The notes beneath the pieces were generated by a model. It saw only the letters and a list, made by a program, of their open reading frames with translations. It did not search any database and was not told the DNA's origin. A stretch of DNA of 64,000 nucleotides from Podarcis muralis. Its lineage: Eukaryota. Below, in pieces: positions 48,639 through 61,978 of this stretch (the first letter of the stretch is position 1; the number at the start of each line of letters is the position of its first letter). Location of the stretch: NCBI RefSeq assembly GCF_964188315.1, contig NC_135667.1, positions 26,474,001-26,538,000 of the forward strand, in the 5' to 3' direction. Made by a program: the position numbers and the translations under genes.

Positions 48639-50260
48639 TGGCCAGAACATGGATTACCTTTATATTTCCATCAAAAAAACTGTAAATAATTTCTAAACAT
48701 TTATTATACATAAATCACTATTTGAATACCAAATGTAATCCTTTGAAGAACACACTTTCTAACTAACAACAATTTCTATATTTGTTTTCCTGTGCTCTAT
48801 ATTAAAGAGTGGAGACATTTTTGTCAGTTTGCTTATTTTGTACTTACTTTCTCACACTGTTTTCTGTTTGTTCTGCTGCATTGTGTCAGATCCATGGTAA
48901 GTCAGAACTATATTTTTCAGCTTGATTATATGCATGCCTTTGCAGATGTGGGTCCATATTGGCCTAATAAAGCAGATTTTCACCTGCAAGATCTGTGCAT
49001 CATTGAGTGGGTGTACTTGTCTTTAGACTCATGTGAGTTGATGGAGATAGGCCCATGAGAAGTGGTTTTTCTGGATTCACAAAGTTGCAAAGATTCTGGC
49101 AAAGGAGCTACAAACAACCCACCAAGTCCAATTTTTGCTGTAGAATTGGTAAACCATACCAGAAAAGGGAATATCTGTTTTAACCAGGAAAGGCAAGAAG
49201 GAATCTCCTTTTTTAAACTGAGGACACATTCCATCAAATTCTATATTTGATCATCGCCTGCACCTCTTACTAAATCCACTCATTGCTGTTGACCTTTTTA
49301 TCAATCTTTGCTATCCTTCCTTTATGAATTGTAAAATACGTGGCTAAATAAAGTGTTCAACCAGGAAATATTGATATATTGTGTTAATGAAAAGGCCTCT
49401 TCTTCAGCTTCACCTAACCCTATAGAAACTAGCCAAGGAATTTGAAAGTCTGAGGGACCCTAAAGGGAGGCCAAAAACATATGCTAGTCTCCCCATCGCC
49501 ACCCCATGGACAGCAGGAAGAAGATCCATGTTAGAAAATGCATTTCTCAGATACTTAGAACCAGCATTTCAAGGCTTGCACAATTTCAAAACCTTTTAAT
49601 ACCCCATAGCTATCAAGAAGAAAGGCTATTTAATCTTTTTCTTCTTTTTTAAAAATCATTTAGCCTCAGCTTGGACATAAAAGCTGGCAATTGTTGCCTT
49701 AGCAAAAAGAGTGCTTTTCCTATGAAGAATCCTCATGGAGAGGTAGCAAGACTTGTTGCTTCTCCCACTTTCTTTCTTATGCAAAAACTGTGGACTCAAA
49801 TATGAGTGGAACAGGATGTGTGGCATGTCCCTTTCCTATGTTAATTTCCCTTCCCCCTCAGAGATCGTCTCTCTTTGGCACTCCTCTTTCTTTTCCCTTG
49901 CTTTGTTGGGACTTACTGTGTGCTCATACAGCTTCAGGAAGACATTACAGATTTTTTTGCTGTATCTCTTGCCATAATGCTCAGAATCACTGAATTCTGC
50001 ACAGAACTGGCAACAGTTCCCCATCTTTCCCTCTGCTCCTTTATCTCCCACCCATCATAACATATAGCACTTCCTCCTTTCCATTCTCTCTTTACCTCCT
50101 GCTTGCACTGTTTGATGTATTAAGATCTTCAAAATGGAACTCTCTGCTGAAGTCTTTCTCTTTCTCCTTGTTAACTATCCCAGGCCCTCCTTCATTTAGC
50201 AAAACCACTAAGTTATGTCTATCTTCCTTGCTTCCTTTCCCCCTCTGAGAGCAAAGGAAA

Positions 50261-53200
50261 TTTTTTTTTTTTTTTTCCTTTTTATTTTTATTCCATAAAT
50301 ACAACATGCACACGAATCATCAACAAAACACAAACATGTAAAGAAAATACAAAAAATTCTCAATCGCAACAAACAGAAATAAAAAAAAGAAAACACACAA
50401 ACTTCTTATTTCCGTAATTTTTTCATAACATATTTCTTTCTTTTGGGACTTCCTTCAGCCTGACCGCGAATCATACGGAGTCAGTAGGTAAGGTCGCACG
50501 TTTCATCCTTTATATTGTCATTATATCCATTATTGATCTCTATTTTCCTTATACAATAACCTTAGTCTGTCACAGTACTCTAAACCCCCTTAGCGTTATT
50601 TGCCCATCACTGATATTTTCCAGATAATTTACATATTTTTCCCAATCCCTGATAAACACTTGGTCTTTTATATATCTGATCTTTCCCGTTAATTTGTCTA
50701 ACTCTGCATATTCTGTTAGTTTGCATCTCCACTCCTCTACTGTTGGGGTTTCCTCCTGTTTCCATTTTTGGGCTATTAAATTCCTTGCTGCCGTAGTCGC
50801 ATAGTATATCATTTTGCAATCCTCCTTCCTTATCTCTCGTTGTAATAGTCCTAATAGGAAAATTTCTGGTTTTTTCCTAAACGTGTACTTTAATATTTTT
50901 TTCAGTTCTGTGTATATCTTTTCCCAGAACTGTTTTACCTTTCCGCACTCCCACCACATGTGGTAGAACGTGCCCTCTGCATCTTTACATCTCCAGCACT
51001 TTTTGCTAACCTTATACATTTTTGAGAGTTTTACAGGTGTCAGATGCCACCTATAAAACATTTTCATAACGTTTTCTTTTATCGTCGTACACGCTGTGAA
51101 ATTCAATCCCTCTTTCCATAGTCTTTCCCAGTCCTCGTATTGTATACTGTGGCCTACGTCTTTTGCCCAGCAGATCATCACTGATTTCACCTCCTCATTT
51201 CCCAAGTTCCAGTCTAACAGCATCCTATATGCTTTAGATATATTTTTCACCTTACTATTTATTATTTCCGTCTGGAATTTTGAGTCATTGTCTGCATACC
51301 CTCTTTCTCTGATATCTCTGCTAAACATCTGGTTGATCTGTTGGTGACTAAACCAATCGTATACATATTCTCTAATCATCTCGTAGGGTTTAATTCTCCA
51401 TTTCCCATCCACTTTAGTTACTAGTTGGTTGTATGTTGCCCGGTTACCTCCCATATTGATGGTTTTCCTGTTTATTATTTCGAGTGGTGCTAACCAATGG
51501 GGTGTTTTCGGTTCTAATATATTTTTATATCTCTCCCACACTTCTATTATCGGTCCTCTAAAGATATGATTTCTAAATCCCCTGTGCTTTTTCGTTTCAT
51601 TTTTCCACATATAAGCATGCCAGCCAAGTTGGTTATCGAAACCCTCCAGATCAAGTAATTCCGTATTCTCTAAGTTGACCCAGTCTTTTAGCCAGCTTAG
51701 ACATGTCGCCTCATAGTACAACATAAGATCTGGCAGCGCAAACCCCCCCCTTTCTTTTACATCTGTAAGCAATTTGAATTGGATTCTTGGCTTTTTGCCC
51801 TGCCATATAAACCTCGAAACTACTCTTTGCCATTCTTTTATAGTCTTACTTCCTTTTATTATAGGTATGGACTGAAACAGAAACATCAGTCTTGGTAAAA
51901 CATTCATCTTTATCATATTTATTCTTCCCCATAAAGATAGTTTCAGGCGTCCCCATTTCTCCAAGTCTTTCCTTATTTCCCTCCATACCGGCTCGTAGTT
52001 ATTTTTGTAAAGATCCATATTTTTAGATGTTATCCAGATACCTAGATACTTGACTTTCTTTACCTTCCCTATCTGCCATTGCTGTTGAATTAATTCTGTT
52101 GTCTTTGGATCCACATTTTTATATATCATCTTTGTTTTCGTCTTATTTAATTTAAAACCAGCCACCTTTCCAAATGCTTCTATCTCTCTCATTATCTCTC
52201 CTATTGATGTTAATGGCTCTTCCGTCATCACTACTACGTCGTCCGCGAAAGCCTTAGTTTTATATACGTTCTGGCCTAGAGTCACCCCTTTTATATTTCC
52301 ATTTTTCCTTATAGAATTTAGAAGGGTTTCTAACACTGTTATAAATAGTAACGGAGAGAGAGGGCATCCCTGCCTTGTTCCCTTCCTTATCTCAATCTCT
52401 TCCGTTATTGTTCCATTTACAATCAGCTTGGCTTTCTGTTCCGTGTATATTGCTTTCACCCCATTGTAAAAATCACTGCCTACACCCATGTGTTCCAGGT
52501 TTCTCAACATAAAGTTCCATACCACATTGTCAAACGCCTTTTCGGCGTCGATGAACATCATTGTGACTTGTTTGTTAAACCTAATAGATAGAAATTCCAG
52601 CATATCCACAATGTGTCTTATATTATCTCTCATCTGCCGACCTGGCAGAAATCCCGCCTGATCCTTATGAATAACATCTGCCAATACGTCTTTTAATCTT
52701 TTGGCCAGGATTCCTGCATATATCTTATAATCTACATTCAGCAATGAGATTGGTCTAAAATTTCTGACTTGGGTTAGGTCCGAGTCTTGTTTGGGTAGGA
52801 ATGTGATAAACGCCTCTTTCCAGGTTTCCGGGATTTCCCCTTTTTTTAATATTATGTTCATTGTCTTTTTCAAGGGTTCCACTAAGACTGATTTCATTTC
52901 CTTATAATAGCCTACTGTGAACCCGTCCGGGCCTGGGGCTTTTCCCCTCTTCAGATTTTTAATTATCTCCTCTATTTCCTTATTTTCAATAGGTATATTC
53001 AATCTTTGTTTTCCCTCCTGTGGGATTTTTTGTCCCTCTTTTTCTCTCAGGAATCTTTCTATCTTCCTTTGTCCTATCTTATCTTGGTCATTGTATAAGT
53101 TACTGTAGAAGCTTATAAACTCACTCCTTATTTCTTTAGGGTCTGATCTTTCTTCCCCCTCTACTATTAATTTATTAACTGTCCCTTGTTCTTTCCTTTT

Positions 53201-53579
53201 TTTTATTTGCCAGGCAAGCCATTTGCCTGGTTTGTTGGCATGTTCAAAGTTCCTTTGTTTAAGTCTTTTTATGTTCCATTCCACCTCCCTATTTATTATT
53301 GTGGCAAACTGGGTTTGGAGAATTTTTATTCTTTCCTTTGTTTCTGTACAGTTAGGTTTCTGAACTAGTTTTCGTTCGTTTATCATTATTTGTCTTAGAA
53401 TTTCCTCTTTGTTTCTTTCTCTATTCCTGTTTTTTATTGCATTCTGTTGGATAAAAAAACCTCTTATAACCGCCTTGCTGGCATCCCAGACTGTACCTTC
53501 TTTCGTTCCTTTACCCCAGTTATCCTTAAAGTATTCCGTCAGTTTTTCCTTTGCCATTTCCACCACCTTTTGATCATCC
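50261..53579 (-). mobile_element. LINE L1, 5'-truncated, uninterrupted 998-aa ORF2 portion (RT plus CCHC zinc knuckle), 3' UTR and poly(A) tail
   Basis: RT motifs RQGCPLSPLLF and FADD; C-terminal CWRC-x8-H-x4-C; poly-T at 50261-50276 on +; 13-bp TSD agagcaaaggaaa at 50248-50260 and 53580-53592. Confidence 0.95.
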
Positions 53580-53596
53580 AGAGCAAAGGAAAATTA

Positions 53597-53798
53597 CAGT
53601 GGTACCTCGGGTTAAGAACTTAATTTGTTCCGGAGGTCCGTCCTTAACCTGAAACTGTTCTTAACCTGAGGTACCACTTTAGCATTTCAAGGGGCCTCCC
53701 GCTGCCGTCCCACAATTTCTGTTCTAATCTTGAAGCAAAGTTCTTAACCCGAGGTACTATTTCTCGGTTAGCGGAGTCTGTAACCTGAGGTACCACTG
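53597..53798. mobile_element. Tc1/mariner-type MITE next to the L1 TSD
   Basis: Same TIRs, TA-flanked, internally deleted. Confidence 0.85.
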
Positions 53799-54019
53799 TA
53801 GTTGTAATTTTATTGTATTGCTGCCTTGGGCATACTTTACTTGATGAATTTAATGGAATCCCAGTTTTGCTTGCTTGCTTTTTTCTGTGTAGGCTTTTAG
53901 AATATAAAACCTGTATGATTCGTTCTGAGCATTTATGAACGCTCTTAAAACTAGCCTACGGTTAATCGAAGTAGAAGATGCTATGGTGCAGTGTGATTCA
54001 GTGGAGATACTCACATAAT

Positions 54020-54600
54020 CACCAAGCAGGTGAGTTGCTGCTGCTCATTGGGAAAGGAGGGGCAGGTAAGAGTCCAAAGGGTGGGTAGATGAGGCAGAGG
54101 CACAGGAGAAATATCCAGGGGGAGGGACCAGTGATTTGTGGGGTTCTGTGCCACTTGTGAGGCAGGGAGAAGAGGAAGAGGCTAGGCAGGCAGAGACAGA
54201 AAAACATAGAGGTGGAAGACACTGACTTGGGCTGTTCGAATCTCCTCGGCTCCTCTCCCTGTCTCCAAGGATAAGGAGGGGTTTAAAACAAGAGGAGCAG
54301 GTGGAAATGTACACAGGGGGAGTTTCCGGTTACTTCCACATACCACATTAGAAGAGGGGGTTTAAATGTGCTGGAGGAGGCAGGGTGTGCAGATGCTCCA
54401 ACTGCTCGTCTCAGCAGTTGGAGGTGTGTCTCAGAGCAGAGGTGTGAAGAAGCAGATACCCAGCTAGCTATTTAGCAGGAGTGCCACATGTGATTCTCAC
54501 ACCTTAGGAGCTGAATGTAATCAAGTGGTGAAATACAGAGAGAGAAACTGAAATTGGCAGATTTGTTCATTTCTATGTAAACAGGAAGTTGAACTATATT
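54020..54600 (+). mobile_element. Probable Gypsy-like solo LTR remnant
   Basis: Purine-rich, reads LLSLSPRIRRGLKQEEQ, similar to the 43704-44338 element; boundaries uncertain. Confidence 0.4.
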
Positions 54601-55144
54601 ACATTTGCTCAGTGCTGCAGGGAATCATTGCTGACTTTAGCTAAATATAAAAGAAATTTCTGTAGTAAATTCCTGCCCATGGCCAGGAAGGGCCTCCTCA
54701 ACAAGGAAGAAAGCATATCAATCTAAAGCAGTGTCTGTTGTGACACATTCAGATGTTGTCTAAAATAACAATAAAGGGTTCACTGTTTCTTCATTACGTG
54801 ATTAGCCCAAAGCGCTTTCATTTTCCCCTCTAATGTAATCAAGACCCTTCAATGCATCATTGGAATAATAATTTGATGGAAAGTGAGAGCCAGAAAAAGA
54901 AAGTTCTAATGAAATTCTGCCCCGCCCATTTAACTGGGTTGCCCCAGCCACTCTGGGTGACTTCCAACATAATATAAAACACAGTGAAACATCAGTGTGG
55001 GATGGGAACAAAATAAAAATAGTAGGATTTCTGTCATCAGAAGACAGCTGGTCTGAAAATCTCTAGCTCCACTAAACATTTCTTTTCTGACTTTCATTAA
55101 TGAATAAGATTCCAGTCTGGAGTTTCAGCCCCTGTTCTGAAAGG

Positions 55145-55420
55145 GCAAATATTTACTCTTCAACAGCCTTGAGAACAAATGTCACACAGGATACCATTGA
55201 ACTTAAGCTCTTTAAATTGACCAGGCCCACTCACATCAATTCAATTCACCTTTGGACAGACTATTGATGGGGGGGGGGAGGGAGTTGACCTAAGAGTTAT
55301 CGGGTAACAAACAAAGTTTGCATTACCTCCTGGGAGTCTGATAATTATTAGCAGGAGTATTTCTGAGATTCTAATTGGGAATGTGACAGTAACCCAACAT
55401 GCATGCACAAAAGTATAAAA
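55145..55420 (+). promoter_or_regulatory. Albumin 2 proximal promoter, homologous to the albumin 1 promoter
   Basis: TATTTAC 55150-55156; identical 24-mer at 55235-55258; GATAATTATTAGC 55340-55352; TATAAAA 55414-55420. Confidence 0.7.
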
Positions 55421-55476
55421 AGCTCATCTACCCATTTGCTGCTTTCCACATCCCAGCCCCTCCATAATTTGAAACT

Positions 55477-55765
55477 ATGAAGTGGGTCACATTAATTTCT
55501 TGTCTTTTTTTGATAAGCTCAGCTGAGTCTAAACAGCTGCCCAGAAGGTACCGGGATGTAGGTATGTTGTGGGGGTTTATGATATGTTTGTTTTTTAAAC
55601 TTATTAATTTTGTGCTTATGTATAATATATGCATAGTTCTATATCTATCTTTCTAGCTAGCTAGCTAGCTATTTGGAATGGTCAGATTATTGCTGGCTTC
55701 ATTATACTATTTTAAACAAAGACTAGGGGCTCAGTCCATTGTGAGGTTTTCCTGTGCAAAACTCG

Positions 55766-55809
<44 letters not shown>

Positions 55810-58800
55810 ATCCTTTTGATTTTAACATTTATCAGTTTAAAAGTATCATTGATTCTTTATAAAGTGCACAATAAATATGGTGTTTAATAATACACAATAA
55901 AGTCATTAAGGCTAAAAGGCCTTTAAGGGTGTCTCCACCTGGTACCTTTATAATCCTTTTTAGCTCCCTGTCTGTAAAGCAGCAGAGAGTTCCACAGTCA
56001 GCTCCTCTCCAAACTAAGAGTTAGTGACTTTGTACACGGCAAAGAGGAAGCATTCTGGGGGCATGTTGCAATATTTGCAGTCTTTTGTGGATATGTTGGC
56101 TGTTATCATATGAATTGATATCCATATGTATAGGACTGTTGCGTAAGAAACACTTCTGTATATATAATAAGGATATGCACCAGCCTCATGATTAAGTTTG
56201 TATATGGATATTTCACTCCAGGAAGTCATCCACCTTCTTCTGAAATTTGCCTCTGGATTCAGATCTTATCTGCTTTCTGAAAACTGAAGCACATTTTTCT
56301 CCATTCACTATTATGGGGATTCAAAACAAATATAAAATACCTTCTCCCTGTGACCACCCTCTTCCACGCCATAGTGTGGTATTGACCTTATACAGTGGAA
56401 CCTCGGTTTTCAAACGTAATCTGTTCCAGAAGACCATTTGACTTACGAAACGTTTGAAAACCAAGGATCAATGGGCAGTCGGCAAAATCCATTGAAAAAA
56501 TTGAGAAACGCACCTCAAAAGCCGTTCGACTTCCAAGGCACGTTTGGAAACTGAAACAATTACTTCTAGGTTTTCAGCATTCGGCTTCCGAATCGTTTGG
56601 CTTCCGAGACGCTCGAAAACCGAGATACCACTGTATGGTAAACTGCCAATGGTGTGAGATGTCTCAATTGAAAATTTGATTTTTGTATTCTTTACAGGAA
56701 GCCATGACACCTTCAGACATTTCATTAAAATAGCAGAGGGTCAGTTTCCAGGCATGTAAGTCTTTTCAGATGGTTTTCCTTGATATGACCTCCAGTCTTC
56801 ACACAAAAACAAAAAGGAGTAATAAATACAAAGGCTATTAAAGGATTAATACAGGCATCCCCCCCCCCCCCCACTTACATGGGTGTCACATTCCCGGACT
56901 CGACACGTATATGTGGAATTGTGTAAAATCAGGAGGGTGTTGTTGAGGGAGACTGTGGCGTAACATGGGGGGTTGTAGGGACTGTGGTCCTGGGCACAGT
57001 CACAGCGGGCTCCCTCCATGCCCCTCCTCTCCACCCCCACCTCCTGCATGCCCACCCAGATGGAACTAGCATACAGTTCGCCGCTGATTAAGAGTACATT
57101 CTCAACAATGGTCTGTTCATGTTTGTTTTGATTCCCATTTGCTTTTAACTTGTTTTTATCTTTTTTACTTTATTGTTTGGTTTTGTGTGTGTGTGCGTGT
57201 GTGTGTGTGTATACATATATATTTCAATTACAGTCCAATCATTGCCTCATTATAACAATACCAAATTATTATACAATTACTAATACCAATCATTCAAATA
57301 CTGAATTATATAATTTAGGTGCCCCCCCCCCATGTTAGAGTTGATGGTTTGATTATTTCTTTATTTCTGTGTTCCAAAATCTTATTAATTTCAATTACAT
57401 TCCGGTTGAAATAATAATCCCTTATACAAGAGCTGCAATATTAATAACTTCTATTCGTGTTGACACATTAAATGAACTACAAGTGAGGCACTCAAATTAT
57501 ATTCTTGTTCTTCCTGTGTGTGGCAATTATTTTGTCCGTGGTGTTTCTTCCTGTCCTTGTAAAATGATATGTCTATCTTTTCCTGGATATTGCTGTTCTC
57601 CATCATGCCTTGGGCAGAGCTAATATCCCATTGTTGTTTCAGAAATTTCTCCATTGCTCCATCCTGTGCTTTGTTGTTTTGCAACTTTAACAACAGCTGC
57701 AAAAATCACTCTGGCCCAATAAATAACCTGTTTTCACCATTTTCACCCTCTCAGCCTGGGAAGAAGAGTAGTCTGTCAAACTGCAGATGACTCAGTAATG
57801 AACCTTGGCAAGCTCACAGATTTCTTTCATCCTTTCGTTCGACTGAAGATAAATAACCATTTATACTTCCAATTAAATTAAATTCCAGGTCCTTTTAGCA
57901 TTGTTCAGTTCACACCGTAGATAATAAAGGATGGTGAAGACTCAGCTCTAAGTTTCCATCGTAACCCTTCTGCAAAATAGAGCTTCCCTCCCTTTTTCCT
58001 TTTTTTACACACACACAGTTCTGTTTAATGTTATAGTCCATATCTATAATCCAGTTTCATCCCTCCTCACTTGCACATATATAAATTGAACTAATATTCA
58101 ATAGAGGGTTGCCGAATCATAAATGTAGAGAAACAACTTTATTTCAAGAAATTGTAGGCTCCCCTCCCCCCACACCGTCTTTTGCACCAAATGAAGTCTT
58201 CTCTCAAGTTCAAACCTCAATGACTTTGCAGCTGGTTCTGTTCCAAATTTTATGATCTCATCTCTTCCAGCACGTTCCTGTACTTTAGTTCAAATTAAGC
58301 CTCTGCTTCTTAATGGTGGAGTAGGATAGTTATCAGCAGGCAAAGTGCTTTTGCACTCAGCGCCTCCCTGCCTCCCACATTCCATGCCGGAGCGAGAGCC
58401 AGGTATTGAGATGAACTGCGAGTGAAGCCCATTCCCCCCTGTTCCTGAGGGGAACTGGGAAGATTACCCTCAATCATCCTTGTTTTTCCTTCACAAACAA
58501 TGTCCTGCTTTCATGGGAGCTGCCTCCATGAAGGCAGACCAGAACCGGAAGCTGGTTTTATATTTTTATATTGTAAACTGCTGTGATATATATTTTTATG
58601 ATACAGCAGTAAATAAATATTCCTATCTATAAATAAATAAATGTGTTTTCCCAGCATCATCGGCTTGTCCTCTCAGAATCTGCAGAGAGCTTCATATGAT
58701 GAGGTGGCTAAACTGAATGACAATCTTGTACAACTCGCCAAGAAATGTACTAGTGATGATCAAGCAACCCCAGACTGTGAAAAGCCTTTGGTAAGCCTTG

Positions 58801-61212
58801 GGACCTAAATTTGAAGGTTATGATTTGAAATATTGGTAAATTGCATAGTCTGGAGCCCTGGACCTTCATGGATGCTCTTCTGATTGATTATGAAATTAAA
58901 TGACCAAACCGGGAACTTTAGACAGAAAACATTCCACTTATAAAGAAACTAGTTTATGTAGAGATGCATGCAACAGTCATAAATAGGGGACAGACCTGGT
59001 TTAAAAGCACAGAGCTAGGCATATTGGATCAGACAAAAGTCTGCCTAGTATGCCCGGTTGTCATAAGGTGCTTGTTCTTAACAATGTGCACTTGGCAAGG
59101 CATATTGGTAGCAAATGTGCACATTGATGGTAATATGGCCCACTGCTGAGCTAAGCTCCCTCCTGACAACCTGCCACACTTAATTACAAAATTTTTGATG
59201 CAGGGCAGTACCTTCCATAACAAGTAGCTGTGGAGAAATAGTAATTAATTCCCCATTGGTTCTCTCTCCTGCCTGGGATAAAAAGGACTCACCTTTAATG
59301 ACAACTTGATTTGCAGGACACACCACAGTGTGGATGCGGGTCCCTAACTGAAAGAGAGACACCCAGGGAGTGGGAAATGTCACTGTTAGACTTCCTGTGT
59401 GCAGGATGTTTGAGGATGGAGCTTGCTTCTGACTCTCTAATCTTCAGTTACCTCCTTAGATAAGCCTAGGGCTGCCATCCTTGGAACAGAGCGGTGGAAG
59501 AATTTGAAGATGGGTGGTGCTCCCATAAAGAGGAAGTGGCACACAAGAATTCAACAAATGTACAATCTGTGCACTTGTGTGTACAATTGTACAATTGAAC
59601 AAATCAACAAATGTATACTCTTTTACCCAGAGGTGTTCACACATGTGTAACGTGTATCTGTGTAGAGAAATAGTTGAGCTAGTACAGTTTATCACATGTA
59701 ATTTTCAATGACTGCCTTTTCCAACTATGAACATAGTAGTTGAGTTACACACTCTTTCCCACAAACACTTATACATGTGCAGAGGAACTTGTACCCGGGT
59801 TCAGTGTAATATGTGAACAAACATGAAGTTGTATTTGGTCCTATGCGTGAAATGTTGTACTATGGTGGTTTATAAACTAAACTTGACTTTTCCATAAAAC
59901 TATCTGGAAATTGTCCTTCTTTAAATCTCTTATAAAATGTAAACTTGATCATATAAACAGCTGCCTAGATACACTTACAATGGCTTACAATTTCAGACAA
60001 CTATACAGATGTCCCCTAAAACACGTGATATTTGATATAACTGCAACAAGTAAACAGGCGAGTGCATGTCTAATAAATGAAAACATTTTGCATCTCTCCT
60101 TCAGCGTACTGTTTTTCTGGATGAAATTTGTCATGAAGAAGGTCTTGCAGAGAAATATGGATTTACTGAGTGTTGTGGCAAAGTTGATCCCGAACGAAAT
60201 GACTGCTTTCTAACTCATAAAAATGAAACTTCTGGATTCATTCCTCCTTTTGTAATGCCAGATGGAGAGAACGTATGCAAAGTATACCAAGATACAAGAG
60301 CTGAATTTCTGGCCAAGTAAGTCAATTGAGTTGATGTAGTCATTTTGCTGAACTGGTTCTCCTTTGGGGGAAGAATGAAAATAATATGTAACATATGACT
60401 TTCTTCTACAAATCAGACGCTTCCAAATACTCTCACCTATTTCATGCAAGACGTTAAAAATTAGGTTGGAGCTGCAATAAAATACTTCAGGGTTCAATCC
60501 AGCCCCCCATGTCCTCTACCAGGATTTGTTGATCCACTCATTTCTTCCCCCACCTCCAACACCCAACATTATGTTACTGCTGAGCATACTCAGTCCTCAT
60601 TGGGCTGTTTTCTGTGTTTGAGTAGGAAGGCATTGCTTGCATGGTTTTATGGGGGGTGGAGGGTGGGGAGGGAGTTCCTTCTTTTTGGACCTGTGTAAGC
60701 CATGGGGTCCCACCAATCATGTTGGTGCCTCTCTCTTCCTTCTCACTGGGCCCATTTTGAGACCATAGCTATCTGGACACAGTGTTTGGGTTTGCAATTA
60801 GAGGAAATGACATGTAATGCTACCTATATATACTGTATGCTGTCAAATTTCTTACCTTGAGGCCAATGGTTAAGTAGCCTAACTGAGTGCCTGAGTATCC
60901 TGTGTGGCAACTGGAATCTTTTTGCCTTGTCGTTCTTTTCAGTAACATAGGTTTAATAATTGTCCTCCCTCTCCTTAACAACAGCTTTAATTATAAAGGA
61001 TCTTGGCACCTCAACTTTTTTTCCTTTTTTTTTAGAGTAATTGCAGTCCAGATTAATGAAAGTTTCCTTTTTGACCCAGTTACTACTATGAGCTTTCCAG
61101 AAGACATCCTTTTGCAAATGTTGTCGTACTCTATAAGACAGTTAAAGGGTTTGAAAAGGTACTGCAAACTTGCTGTCTGGAAACTGACAAGGATGCCTGC
61201 TTCAGAGAAAAG
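55477..61212 (+). CDS. Second albumin-family gene (diverged albumin paralog), exons 1-5, continues beyond window
   Basis: Exons 55477-55561, 56698-56755, 58655-58790, 60105-60316, 61080-61212. Sizes (85/58/136/212/133) and phases are identical to albumin 1. No stops; all domain-I disulfide Cys kept; MKWVTLISCLFLISSAESKQLPRRYR leader. Exon 6 not found before 64000. Confidence 0.93.
55767..55808. repeat. (TTA)n microsatellite in albumin 2 intron 1
   Basis: Read directly from sequence. Confidence 0.9.
56393..56633. mobile_element. Tigger/pogo-like MITE in albumin 2 intron 1
   Basis: TA-cagtggaacctcgg ... ccgagataccactg-TA. Confidence 0.75.
57150..58320 (-). mobile_element. Old degraded L1-like 3' region in albumin 2 intron 2
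   Basis: A-rich minus strand with fragmentary L1-like reading frames; no clean motif. Confidence 0.35.
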
Positions 61213-61857
61213 GTATTTCCTTTTAGCCCACATAACACCTCAATATTTTATTTAAAGACACTTACATAATGTATTTCATACCCTCTAACATTTCTCCGAT
61301 GAAAATAGAGACATCCTATTCAATACTACTACTACTACTAATAATAATAATACTTTTATTTTTTATACCCTGCTTATCTGACTGGGGTGCCCCAGTTACT
61401 CTGGGCGGCTTCCAACACACATAAAAACATAATAAAACTATACAGTGCAACCTTCAGATGTTTTCTAAAGGTTGTATCGTTACTTATCTCATTGGCTCAG
61501 GGGTAGTATAACTCCATGCCCTCCAACATCTCTGATGAAAATAGGGATGTCCTATCAAACCCTCCAACATTTCTTCAATGAAAATAGGGACGTCTTAAGG
61601 AAGAATGGAACATTCTGGGATCAGATCAGAAATCAGAATGGCTTCTGTAAATCCAGGACTGTCCCTGGAAAATAGGGTCACTTGGTGGGTCTGGTATTTC
61701 TGCTAGACTGATAGGGAGCTGTTTTACATCTTCTCAGAGCAGTGGTCCAGGGTGGGAACCTTCAGTCCCTGAAGCTGACTGTGACCCTCCAAGCTTCTCC
61801 GTCTTGCCCTCAGGATTCTCCCCATGGTACAAACACTCCCCAACCACCACCACCCTA

Positions 61858-61978
61858 CCAGTGGCGTAGCGTGGGGGGTGCAGGGGGGGCCGGCCGCACC
61901 GGGCGCAACATCTGGGGTTAGGGCAAATCCACAGGTTAGGGGGCGCAAATCCACGGGTTAGGGGGTGCAAATCCACGG
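61858..61978 (+). repeat. hAT-like terminus followed by three ~22-bp tandem units, cut by BovB
   Basis: cagtggcgtagcgtggggg start; unit gggttagggggcgcaaatccac x3. Confidence 0.6.

Noticed and set aside
55477-61212. Calling gene 2 AFP, afamin or vitamin D-binding protein (GC)
   Set aside because: Its leader, promoter and exon sizes mirror albumin 1, and only domain I is visible. Orthology needs a gene tree, so no symbol is assigned.
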